This document shows positions 32,879-42,669 of a DNA stretch of 64,000 bases, piece by piece (the first letter of the stretch is position 1; each line of letters begins with the position of its first letter). The stretch spans positions 160,001 to 224,000 of the forward strand of contig CAWIIB010000009.1 of assembly GCA_963836075.1 (NCBI GenBank), in the 5' to 3' direction. Source of the DNA: an uncultured Acidobacteriota bacterium. GTDB taxonomy: Bacteria > Acidobacteriota > JAQAZP01. Position numbers and translations under genes: made by a program. The notes beneath the pieces are model-generated. The model made no database searches. It saw only the letters and a program-made list of their open reading frames with translations, and was not told the origin of the DNA.

Positions 32879-34544
32879 GTGAACAGCCCGAAGCAGCACG
32901 GAAACAGCAGAACCGGGACCTGGTATCGAGACCCCGAACGGTTGCTCTTCGTCCTGCTGATCCTGGTCCACCTCTTCCCTCTCTGGTATTTCGACTACTT
33001 CCCCTCCCAGGACGGGCCGGCCCACCTGAACAACGCCAATGTGATCCGGGCCTACAACCTGCCGGAGAGCACCCACTTCCGGCAGTACCTACCAGCTGAG
33101 CAAGCACCCCGAACCGAACTGGTCCGGTCACCTGATCCTCGCCGGCCTGACCTGGGTGGTTTCGCCGCTCACCGCGGAGAAGATCCTGCTCAGCATCTAC
33201 GTCCTGCTCTTTCCCCTGCTGCTGCGCTACGCCCTGGTGCAAATACGGCCCGATGCCGGTTTTCTCGCCATCCTCGTCTTCCCCTTTATCTACGGCTACC
33301 CGCTCCATCTGGGGCTCTACAACTTCTCCCTCGGCCTGGCCCTGCTCTTCCTCCCCCTGGGCTACTATCTCAAGCACGGCGGGCGGTTTACCCTGGGCCG
33401 CACACTGCTGCTGGCCCTGATGCTGATGGTGCTCTACTTCTCGCACTTTATCGCCCTGCTGGCGGCCGGCCTGGCCATCGGCACCATGACCCTGTGGCAA
33501 ATGGCGGCGCAGTGGCTTGACCGGCGGAAGCGGGGTGAGAGCACCGGCCCGGCAGACCTGGCGCGGCTCTTCCGGCAGTACGCCCTGGGCCCGCTGGCCG
33601 CCCTGCTGCCCCCCGCCCTGCTGGCCGCGGCCTTTCTGGAGCGGCAGGGCGCCGGCCACATCACCGGGAACTCGATCCGGGAGCTGGCCCTCGCGGCGGC
33701 GGGCCTGTTCTCGCTGGTCTCCTTCCACCCCCGGGAGCAGTACTGCACCTGGACGCTGGCCGCGATCTTCTTCATCGTCGCCGGCGGGCTCTTCCTGCTG
33801 CGGCTGGTCCGCCGGGAGCTGGGGGTGAAGGAGGGGCTGCTGGTTGTTGCCGCCGCCTTCGGCCTGGTCTACCTGCTGGCTCCGGCAAAGATGTCGGGCG
33901 GCGCGGTGATCAACGAGCGGCTGATGCTGCTGCCCTTCCTGATGCTGGTCCTCTGGTTCGGGACGGCGGCGTGGCGGGGCGCGGCCCGGGCCGGGCTGCA
34001 GGCGGCCGCCGCGCTCATCGCCCTGGCCCTCTTCGGCATGCACGCCCAGGACTATGCCCGGGTCAACGACTACCTCGACGAGTATCTCTCGGCGGCGGAG
34101 CTGATCGAGCCGCAATCGACGCTGCTGGCCCTCTCCTTCTCCCACCAGGGGCACACGCCCCAGGGGCGGGTGCTCACCCGGCGCTTCGGCCCGTTCATCC
34201 ATGCCTCGGGCTACATCGCGGCCCAGCGGAACGTGGTGGACCTGAAGAACTACGAGGCCACCACCGGCCACTTTCCGGTGGTCTACCGCCCCGAACTGGA
34301 CCCCTACACCCACATCGGCGTGAACCACGGCCTGGAACGGCAACCGCCGCTGGTCAACTTCCTCGACTACGCCGAACGGACCGGCGGCAGCGTCGACTAC
34401 GTCCTGCTCTGGGGTATCCGCGACCGCCAGCGCTACCTCGAACCGACCCTGGAGATCTTGTACCAGCTGAACCAGGGCTACGAGCTGATCCACACCTCCC
34501 CGCAGCGCGGATACACGCAGCTGTGGCGCCGCAAGGATTTTTAA
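32879..34544 (+). CDS. Polytopic membrane protein (possible GT-C-type glycosyltransferase), frameshift near 33100
   Basis: PSQDGPAHL.NA, PNW..H, G.YNF.LG, NERL motifs; many TM segments. Confidence 0.6.
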
Positions 34545-34579
34545 GCACCCCACAACCAGACCGGCACCGATGGGTCACA

Positions 34580-34653
34580 GGTTCTCCAACTGTTGCCTCC
34601 GAGCGACGTTGGAGCGCTTCGCGACCGGAGCGAGGGGTAACAGTTGGAGAACC
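34580..34653. repeat. Palindromic intergenic element, copy 1
   Basis: GGTTCTCCAACTGTTGC...GTAACAGTTGGAGAACC stem around the core GAGCGACGTTGGAGC-N5-GCGACCGGAGC. Confidence 0.75.
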
Positions 34654-34669
34654 AGGGCCACCGCACCGG

Positions 34670-35431
34670 TCAGAGCAGCCAGGGGATCAGCGCCTTCCGC
34701 TGCGGAGGGTAGTCGGGGAAGGTCTCACGATACCAGCGGTGGTGGTGCAGCGCCCGCGGCACCAGGTTGGCCGCGGTCCAGACCAGGAAGGCCACGCCGG
34801 GCAGCGACCAGGTGAGCAGGGCCCACCCGGCCCACTCGATGATCTCACCGAAGTAGTTGGGGCAGGAGATCAGTTCATAGAGGCCGCCGCGGGGGATGCC
34901 GTAGCGCCCGCTGCACTGCTGCCGCAGGCGGCGCAGGCGGCCGTCGGCCCAATGGTTGATCACCATGCCGAGGAAGAAGAGCAACAGGCCGGCGATGAAC
35001 CGGGGGTCGCTGCACCAGTGGCGGTACTGGTCGGCGGCGAGGGTGAAGAGCCAGCGGCCGTTGAGGTAACCGTTGACCACGTTGAACAGCATCCCGGAGA
35101 GGACGATGAACAGCGGCATCGACCCGCCGCCGCGCATGCGGAAGGGGAAGACCAGGGCCCGGTAGATGTAGTGGGACTGCCAGATCAGCAGAAAGAGGAG
35201 GGGGACGGTGGAGAAGGGGTCCCGGCCCAGCAGCCAGAAGGCGCCGAAGACCACCACCACCGTGCTCTCCATCATCACCCAGCCGGCCCGGGCGCTGATT
35301 TGCGGGCCCCAGCCCGGCCGCAGATGGCGGCCGTAGGGCGCCGGAATGAACAGCAGGACCAGGAAGGTCACCGCCGAGAGGCCGAACCAGCCGGTGATCA
35401 ACCACTGGAAGAAGCCGTGTTCATCGATCAT
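34670..35431 (-). CDS. 3-oxo-5-alpha-steroid 4-dehydrogenase (steroid 5-alpha-reductase)
   Basis: APYGRH, GW..ME, HY.YR, FN..NGYLNG, AD..LR.LR, Y.IPRGGLYE.ISCPNYFGEIIEW.G, NL.PRAL.HHRWY. Confidence 0.9.
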   Translation of the reverse strand: MIDEHGFFQWLITGWFGLSAVTFLVLLFIPAPYGRHLRPGWGPQISARAGWVMMESTVVVVFGAFWLLGRDPFSTVPLLFLLIWQSHYIYRALVFPFRMRGGGSMPLFIVLSGMLFNVVNGYLNGRWLFTLAADQYRHWCSDPRFIAGLLLFFLGMVINHWADGRLRRLRQQCSGRYGIPRGGLYELISCPNYFGEIIEWAGWALLTWSLPGVAFLVWTAANLVPRALHHHRWYRETFPDYPPQRKALIPWLL

Positions 35432-36408
35432 CGAGCCAGCTTCCCGTGGGATTCGAACCAGTTGTAGACATCTTCCACTGTTTCACGCACCGGCCGGGCC
35501 GTGTGGCCCAGTTCGCCGGCGGCCTTGCCGCACTCCACCCGGCGGTTGCCCCGCAGGGCGCCCAGGGCTTCCGGCGTGAAGAGGGGCCGGGTGCCGGTGA
35601 GCCGGGCCGCCAGCAGGGCCGGTGGTGCGGCCAGGCGGGCCAGCCACATGGGTGAGGTGAAGAGCGGTGCCCGCACCCCGGTCACCTCCGCCGCCAGACG
35701 GGCCAGGCCGCGGATCGACAGCCAGTGGCCGCCCAGAAGATAGGTCTGTCCGGGCCGGCCGGCTTCGGCGGCCCGCATGGCGCTGGAGACCACGTCCCGC
35801 ACATCCACCCAGTTGAATCCGCCGTTGACCAGCCCGGGGAGCCGCCGGTGGTGCAGGTCGAGGAAGACCTGGCCCATGGCCGAGGGCTTGTAGTCTCCGG
35901 GGCCGATGACCCCCGTGGGGTTGACCACCACCACTTCCAGGCCCTGGGTATTCCCGGCCAGCGCTTCCGCCTCGCCCCGGGCCTTGCTCTGGTCGTAGGC
36001 GTACGCCTCCTCGCCCACTGGAGGGCGACTCTCATCGAGCGGCTGGTCCAGCGGGTTCTGGCGCAGGGCGTGGATCGAGCTGAAGTGCACCAGCCGGCGC
36101 ACACCGCACTGCAGACAGGCGGTGACCACGTTCCGTGTGCCATCCACATTGACCTGCTGTACCGCTCCCCCGTCGCCGCCGGCAATGGAGATCCGCGCGG
36201 CCAGGTGGTAGACCAGGCCGGCCCCGCGAAAGGCCCGGACCAGCGAGTCGCGGTCCAGCAGGTCGGCCTCGGCCAGCTCCAGCGGCAGCCCGTCCAGGGC
36301 GCGGGTATCCCGGTGCACCAGGGCCCGGCACGACTGCCCTTTCTCCAGCAGCGCCCGGACCAGGTTGGCGCCGATGTGGCCCGCTGCGCCGGTGACGACA
36401 ATCATCAT
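35428..36408 (-). CDS. Extended SDR (dihydroflavonol reductase/3-beta-HSD/HpnA-like)
   Basis: TGAAGHIG, HLAA, NVDGT.NV, SSIHA, YDQSK, NPTGVIGPGD, VDVRDV. Confidence 0.85.
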   Translation of the reverse strand: MMIVVTGAAGHIGANLVRALLEKGQSCRALVHRDTRALDGLPLELAEADLLDRDSLVRAFRGAGLVYHLAARISIAGGDGGAVQQVNVDGTRNVVTACLQCGVRRLVHFSSIHALRQNPLDQPLDESRPPVGEEAYAYDQSKARGEAEALAGNTQGLEVVVVNPTGVIGPGDYKPSAMGQVFLDLHHRRLPGLVNGGFNWVDVRDVVSSAMRAAEAGRPGQTYLLGGHWLSIRGLARLAAEVTGVRAPLFTSPMWLARLAAPPALLAARLTGTRPLFTPEALGALRGNRRVECGKAAGELGHTARPVRETVEDVYNWFESHGKLAR

Positions 36409-36604
36409 TGCACCACGAAAGGTCGAGAATGTGTAAGTTCAGTCCGCTTGCCGGAACAGTTTCTTAATGGTGACACACCCGGAGCGCATTGACAATTGTC
36501 CCTATTGCCTATCAGAGAACTTGATCAAATGTGGCCCCCCCGGTAGAATGCCGGCAGAGAAGCACTTCAACCTGCACATAAAGAATCGGGAAGGGGACTA
36601 TGCC

Positions 36605-37822
36605 GTGAAACGTATTCTGCTCGTCATTCTGGTGATCTGCGGCCTGGCACTGTCAACCCGGGGGTTCGCCTCCGGCTGGGACAACTCACTGATCGGGGCC
36701 CGGGCCGGCGGCATGAGCTCGGCCTTTGCCGGGCTGGCCGACGATGCCACCGCCATCTTCTACAATCCCGGTGGGTTGGCCTTCACCGGGGACAAGGGCG
36801 AAATCATCCTGGTGGGCAAGCAGTACTGGCCCGAACACAGCTACACCCCGTTCGGCGGCGACGAGGTGGTGACCAAGACCCCCACATTCCTCCCCGAACT
36901 GTTCGCCTACACCCGTCTGGACGAGCACGTCACCATCGGCCTCGGCATCTACAACGCCTATGCCGGCGGCGGCATCGAGTGGCTGGCCGAGGATGTGGGG
37001 ATCGGTGTTGACGGTTCGATCTACGTCACCTCCATCACGCCCACGGTCAGTTTCCGGTTCAACGACTGGCTGGCCCTCGGCCTCAATCTCAACTACTACC
37101 TCGGCAAGAGCGACCAGTCGTACCAGGATCCCAACGCCGGGTACACCGATGTCAGCAGGTTCAGCTCGGACGAGGACGACTACTCCCTGTCCATCTCCAG
37201 CGGCATCTTTTTCAAGCCCAGCGACCGCTGGTCAGCCGGCCTCACCTGGCACGGCCCCAGCGACATGAACCTCACCGGCAAGACCGACCTGGAGACCTTT
37301 GTTTTCGCCGGCACCTTCGACTCCAGCACCCGGTTCAGCCTCCCCTGGTGGACCGCCCTGGGCGGCGCGTTCCACATCTCCGACAAGTGGAAGCTGGTGG
37401 CCGAGTGGGACTACTTCGACTGGTCGTCCATGGACAAGCTGGACAAGACCATCTCCAACACCCCCTTCGGTGATATCACCGAAGAGCAGTTCACCGGGTT
37501 CGACGACGCCAGCTACTTCCAGTTCGGCACCGAGTATGACATCTCGGAGAGCTGGACCATCCGCGGCGGCCTCTCCTACGAGCAGCGGGCGGTGCAGGCG
37601 GAATACCTCTCGCTGACCAACGTGGACGTGAGCAAGCGGCACCTCTTTGCCGGGGCCACTTACAATTACAACAAGTGGCACTTCGACCTCGGCGGGTTCT
37701 ATTCCATGGGGAAGGAACTCTCCACACCGCAGGACGGCGAACCGATGGGGCGGTTCAACCTCCCCGGCACCTACAACATCGATGCCGCCGGACTGCTCTT
37801 CGCGGTGGGCCGGACGTTCTAG
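36605..37822 (+). CDS. fadL: FadL/OmpP1 outer-membrane hydrophobic-compound transporter
   Basis: Signal peptide, ASG....GARA.GM..AF.GLADDATAIFYNPGGL, terminal F. Confidence 0.85.
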   Translation: MKRILLVILVICGLALSTRGFASGWDNSLIGARAGGMSSAFAGLADDATAIFYNPGGLAFTGDKGEIILVGKQYWPEHSYTPFGGDEVVTKTPTFLPELFAYTRLDEHVTIGLGIYNAYAGGGIEWLAEDVGIGVDGSIYVTSITPTVSFRFNDWLALGLNLNYYLGKSDQSYQDPNAGYTDVSRFSSDEDDYSLSISSGIFFKPSDRWSAGLTWHGPSDMNLTGKTDLETFVFAGTFDSSTRFSLPWWTALGGAFHISDKWKLVAEWDYFDWSSMDKLDKTISNTPFGDITEEQFTGFDDASYFQFGTEYDISESWTIRGGLSYEQRAVQAEYLSLTNVDVSKRHLFAGATYNYNKWHFDLGGFYSMGKELSTPQDGEPMGRFNLPGTYNIDAAGLLFAVGRTF

Positions 37823-37999
37823 CCCCCATTTCTCACCGTGCTTCGTCGCGAGGAGACGGAGATGCCCGTGAACACAAGGCTTGCGAGGAAGGCCCGGCGA
37901 AGGCGTATTTTCAATACGTCGAGGTGGGCCGACCGAGCATAACGCAGTGGGCTCCGGCATATCCGGCTCCGCAGCAGATGGACTGTGAGAAATGGGGGC
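37822..37999. mobile_element. MITE-like element with 15-bp terminal inverted repeats
   Basis: GCCCCCATTTCTCAC (37822-37836) and GTGAGAAATGGGGGC (37985-37999); internal CGTATTTTCAATACG hairpin; non-coding. Confidence 0.65.
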
Positions 38000-38008
38000 A
38001 AGGTGGAA

Positions 38009-38797
38009 TCAGCGGAGCAGCTCTTCCGCTCTGACGGCGTATTTCCCGCACAGAGCTTCGCAGGGATATTTCGCGCAGATGTCCAGGACACGCTGGAGGC
38101 TGGTGGCCGCTTCGTATGGCTGGCCATCGGCGAAGAGCGCCTCGCCGAGGAAGTAGTGGTTGGCCGGGTGGCCGGGGTGATCGGCCACTGCCAACTGGAG
38201 CAGTTCGATCCCCTCCTCCACATCACCCGGTCCGGCGGGCCACCCCGGCGCCTTGACCAGCAGGGTGCCCAGGGCCCTGAGTGGCGCCCCATCGTCGTAA
38301 GACGGGTCCAGATCCACCGCCCGCTCGAAGAATTCGTGGACCCGGCCCAGCTTGCCCGGCCCGGGGATGCGGGCCGATTCCAGTTGCAGGCCGAGCAACG
38401 CACCGCATAGAAAAACCGTGTCCACCCGTTCGCCGATGGTGGCGAGAGCGGTTTCGGCATATTCCACCCCCCGGCCGGCCAGTTCTCTCCGCCCAGCGCC
38501 GTCCAGCGATTCGTCGAACTCCAGCAGCCAGGCCGTGGCCCGCGCCGCGTGGAGGTTGGCCATGGGGTGCTCCTGTTGCCGGTCCAGCACGGCCTCGGCC
38601 GCTGTCAGCGAGAGGGCAACCCCTTCGACGGGTCCGCAGGGGTTGAAAGAGGAAACGGCCAGGTGAAGCAGGTCGGGGATCTCATCAGGGAGGACCGGCT
38701 GGTCGGCCTGGGCCGGTTCGGGCGGACGGTGGGGCGCCCCGCAACCGGAGCCCAGCAGCACAAGCAGGATGAGGATGGTGACGGTCCTGGGGATCAT
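38009..38797 (-). CDS. TPR/TatT-like lipoprotein (BstC-like)
   Basis: Lipobox LGSGC; A..LDP.YDDGAPLRALG.L..KAPGWP.GPGD.EEG, HP..P.NH.FLGEAL. Confidence 0.7.
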   Translation of the reverse strand: MIPRTVTILILLVLLGSGCGAPHRPPEPAQADQPVLPDEIPDLLHLAVSSFNPCGPVEGVALSLTAAEAVLDRQQEHPMANLHAARATAWLLEFDESLDGAGRRELAGRGVEYAETALATIGERVDTVFLCGALLGLQLESARIPGPGKLGRVHEFFERAVDLDPSYDDGAPLRALGTLLVKAPGWPAGPGDVEEGIELLQLAVADHPGHPANHYFLGEALFADGQPYEAATSLQRVLDICAKYPCEALCGKYAVRAEELLR

Positions 38798-39645
38798 GGA
38801 ACTGGGTCCACTTTTCCGTATTGACCGATCAACCCGTCGAACACGCCTTCGGGCACCGGCCTGAAGCCCGAGATGCCGTACGTCTCGCATATCGCCGATC
38901 CTTCATCACCGCTGCAGAAATCGGCAGTGGCGGCGAGGAGCGCCTTTGCGTCCTCGTCCGTGGCGGTCCCCTGCACGGCGAAGATGCCGGTGTTGGGCAG
39001 CGGCGGTGAGGACCAGATGGTGGCCAGCTCCCCGGCAAAAGGCAGCGAGGCCAGACCGCCGTTCTCGGTGTCATCGAGGATCACCGCGTCCAGGTCTCCC
39101 CGGCACAGCTTGCGCAGCGACGACAGCGCCCGCCCCTGGGTGGCGGTGAGGTCGGTGCCGAAGCTGAACCGTCCCGCCAGCACCACCCGCTCCACGAAAT
39201 CGGCCTCGGCCAGCGGCGCCCCGGCCAGCGTCTTGCCCTTCAGGCCGTCAAGCGTGGTGGGCCCCCCGTCCTTGCGGGCCACGATGTGGTAGCGGTGGGT
39301 GTCGCTGCCCTCCAGCAGGATCTGGTTCAGCGGCTCCAGGCCCAGGCTCGCCCGCTGGTCGAGGAAGAACCCTGGCGTGGTGAGGATGAACCCCGGCCGG
39401 TGATCGGCGATGTGGGCCAGGGCGTCTTCGGCGCGGTTGAAGTAGCAGGCGCTGACCGACTCCGGCGGCCAGCCGGCCCGCACCGCGATCTCCTTGATCA
39501 GCCGGGTCACCTGCTGGCCCGCCTCCTCCGAGGCGCTGGGCCCGCCGGGCCGCACCACCACCAGGTCGCGAGGACCGGAGTATGCCACGGTGGAGACAAC
39601 AACCGCCAAAAGGAGCATGAACACAAAAATGCGAAATCGGGTCAT
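38794..39645 (-). CDS. PhnD/SsuA/transferrin-fold substrate-binding protein (BstB-like)
   Basis: Signal peptide; Y.IVARK....TL..LKGKTL, G.LDAVILD, IWSSPPLP; ATGA overlap with the lipoprotein gene. Confidence 0.7.
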   Translation of the reverse strand: MTRFRIFVFMLLLAVVVSTVAYSGPRDLVVVRPGGPSASEEAGQQVTRLIKEIAVRAGWPPESVSACYFNRAEDALAHIADHRPGFILTTPGFFLDQRASLGLEPLNQILLEGSDTHRYHIVARKDGGPTTLDGLKGKTLAGAPLAEADFVERVVLAGRFSFGTDLTATQGRALSSLRKLCRGDLDAVILDDTENGGLASLPFAGELATIWSSPPLPNTGIFAVQGTATDEDAKALLAATADFCSGDEGSAICETYGISGFRPVPEGVFDGLIGQYGKVDPVP

Positions 39646-39765
39646 CCGGTCAGTCTCCTCCCTCCGGCAAACAGGCTTCAGCCGGGTATTTACAGCAATT
39701 TCACATTCTGAACGATACCAGATGCCGCCGGAATGGCGCAACGGAACGATCCGGGGCCGGGGGAA

Positions 39766-39853
39766 TCGGGCCAGGTCGTGCACTGTTGCTGCTGAGCGAC
39801 GTTGGAGCCGCAGGCGACCGGAGCCAAGCGTAACAGTGCATGACCTGGCCCGA
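39766..39853. repeat. Palindromic intergenic element, copy 2
   Basis: TCGGGCCAGGTCGTGCACTGTTGC...GTAACAGTGCATGACCTGGCCCGA stem with the same core as copy 1. Confidence 0.75.
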
Positions 39854-39859
39854 AAGTAT

Positions 39860-42569
39860 TCAGCGCTTGCTGGAGCTGAACCGTGAGAGCACCTCGAGCA
39901 CCAGGGGGATGACGTAGAGGGCGGCCAGGGCCGAAATGAGGATGCCGGCGGTGAGCATGGCGCCGAAGCTGACCAGGGCGGTGTGCCGGGCCAGCATCAG
40001 CGAACCGAACCCGGCCATGGTGGTCACCGCGGCCAGGCTGATCGCCTTTCCGGTGGTGCCCACGGCCAGCGGCAGGTCGATGCCGTTGCCCTCTCCGGCC
40101 CGGTGCACCATGTGGACCCCGTAGGCCACGCCGAGGCCGAAGAGGATGGGGAAGGCCACCTGGGTGGCCATGGTCAGCTTCACCCCCAGCAGGGCCATGC
40201 CGCCCAGCAGCAGGGCCGCCATGAAGACCAGCGGAATCAGCGCCGCCAGCACCTGCCGCGGCCGCCGCAGGTCGACAAAGAGCATCAGCACCACCACGAT
40301 ACCGGCAGCCCAGGTGGACTGGGTGAAGCCGCGGCGGATCATCGGCACGGTCACCGCGTAGGTGGCGGCAAACCCGGTGACCCGGTCCGGGCGGTCCTGG
40401 TCACCAAAGACCTCCGCCGCAATCCCGCGGGTATCGGCCATCAGGCGGTTGAGAAAGACCGGGTCCCAGATCGGTTCGCTGGCAAAGGCGAGCACCGCCA
40501 TCCGCCCGCTGGCCCCCAGCAGGCGGTCACGGACACCGGGATCGAGGGTATCCATGGTGATCGGGTCGGCGGCCAGCATCTCGTCCAGCCGGACACGCAA
40601 ACGGTCCCGCTGGTCGAAGAGCTCCTCCTCGAAAGCAGCCTGGCGTGAATCCGCCCCGGGCGCGGCCAGCAGGTCGATGATCTCCATGAACCGATCGCGA
40701 AGATCGCCCACCGCCTCCACCGCTCCCGTCTGGCCGGCGGCAAAGGCGTCCTCCTCCGCTTCGTCCAGGCGTTCGATGATCCGGTCCAGCTGCCCGGCCA
40801 CCGCCCCGGGGCTCTCCAGCACCCGGCCCCCGTCAACCGGGGGCAGGAGCGCGGCGATCCCGGCCAGCAGCGGGCGTTTGGCCTCCGCCTCCTCCGGGAT
40901 GGCCGGGGCCAGCGACTCCACGTGGCTCACCGTCTCCGCCTCCAGCAGCGCCTGGTGCAGCTGCCGCACCTGGTCCATATCGTCGGCCACCACGGCGATG
41001 AACTGGTCGCTGAAGTGTGAACCCTGCTCCATCTTGTGCAGCACTTCCAGCGTCTCGCTGTCCGCGGGGAGCAGGTTGTTCAGGTTGTGGTCGAATCCCA
41101 CCCCCGGTGTTTTCCAGGCCGCCAGGGCCAGCAGCACCAGCAACAGCACCAGCGGCACCGCCGGACGGCCCAGCAGCAGGCGGGCCGACTTTTCCAGCAG
41201 GGGCGAGGCCACCTCCTTTTCCACCCGCTTCATCCCCGGAGGGAACTGGACCAGCAGCGGCGGCAGCAGCAGCACGGTGGCCAGCAGCACCGAAGCCACG
41301 CCGGTGCCGGCGACGATGCCCAGCTCGGAAAAGGCCGGCTGGTCGGTGAAGCCGATGGCCAGGAAGGCCACCACCGCGGTGATCCCACCGGTGATGATCC
41401 CCTGGCCGGCGGTGCGGAAGGTGCGGTGGATCGCCCTGGCCGGCTCGGCGCCCCGGGCGCGCTCCTCGTCGAAGCGGCGGGTGAAATAGATGCCGAAATC
41501 GATGCCCAGGCCGAAGAGGATGCCGACAAAGACCGACGAGAGGTAGTTGAGGTGGCCCACGGTGAACAGGGTCAGCGCCAGGTTCCAGATGATGCCGCAG
41601 ACCAGGGGGACGAAGACGAGGATCGTGCGGTGCAGCGAGCGGAAGGCGATGAGGAAGATGGCCAGGATGAGCACCGAGGCGATGAGCGAGACACGGGGCA
41701 GGTCGGTGACCAGCAGCGTGTAGTCCTCCTCGATGGCCGACGGCCAGCCGGTGAACCCGGCGGTGACCCCGGGAAAGGCCAGCAGCGCCTGCTCCGTCTC
41801 GCTGCGCACGTGGGCCATGAAGGGGACGATGAAGTCCGCCTCATCGGTTTTTTCGGCCTGCTGGATGAAGAGAAAGGCGGCGTGGCGGTCCTCGGAGAGC
41901 ATGTAGCCGTCACGGTCGATCCAGGAATAGGCCCCGCGCATGTCCGCGGCCAGCGCTTCGAGGGAACCGAACAGATCCGGCCCGGGCGGCGGGGCGCCGT
42001 TCTCCAGGAACTCCTGCCAGCGGTCGAGGAGGTCGATGGCCATGGAAAAGGCCGGGTGCTCGATGCTCTCCAGGCCGGTGCCGCCGGTCTCGCGCAGCAG
42101 GAGCTCCAGCAGGCCGGCCAGGTCGCGGTCGGCCAGCAGCAGCGACGTGCGTTCAGGGTCGGCGGCGATGTAAGCGTGTGTCGCCTCCAGCTGCTCGCGG
42201 GTGAGGTAGTAGAGGCCGGCGCGGCGGAACGCGTCGAGATCCACCCGGTAGAAGACGTTGCGCACCCAGCGGGGGTCGACCTGCAGCCGCCCGGCCACCG
42301 CGTCGGCAGCGGCCTTGACCTGCCCCGGATCACCCTCCAGCATGCAGACCAGCTGGGTGGGGGAGCCGAAGTCGTTCATGTAGTCGTTGAACGCCGCCTG
42401 CACCGGCAGGTCGTCACGCACCATTCCCTGTCGGGTGGTCTGGATTTCCAGGCGGGGCAGCAGAATCAGCGACACGGTGGTGAGCAGGATCGCCAGCAGG
42501 TAGACAAGGATGCGGCCCCGGGAGGATGCCAGCCGGGTCAGGGCGTCGAAAGATGTGATCGCGGAGCAT
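39860..42569 (-). CDS. MMPL/RND transporter (HpnN/BstA-like); probable 1-nt frameshift near the start
   Basis: Two-fold TM topology, [11 protein letters not shown] and [20 protein letters not shown]; AGGAGG followed by ATG at 42569. Confidence 0.85.
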
Positions 42570-42669
42570 CTGCGGATGGGCCTCCTTCCAGAGCCACTCC
42601 ATTGTATGTGCCGCCGGGAAAAGTGTAAACCCGGTTGACAGCGGGACCGGCTGGTCCTATACCAGAGGG

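Noticed and set aside
34580-34653. Palindrome as an integron attC site
   Set aside because: The ends do not fit RYYYAAC/GTTRRRY in both copies, and there is no integrase or cassette array.
36440-36510. KstR-type steroid operator between the SDR gene and fadL
   Set aside because: AACAGTT lacks the TnnAACnnGTTnnA spacing; only a short GACAATTGTC palindrome is present, too weak to call.
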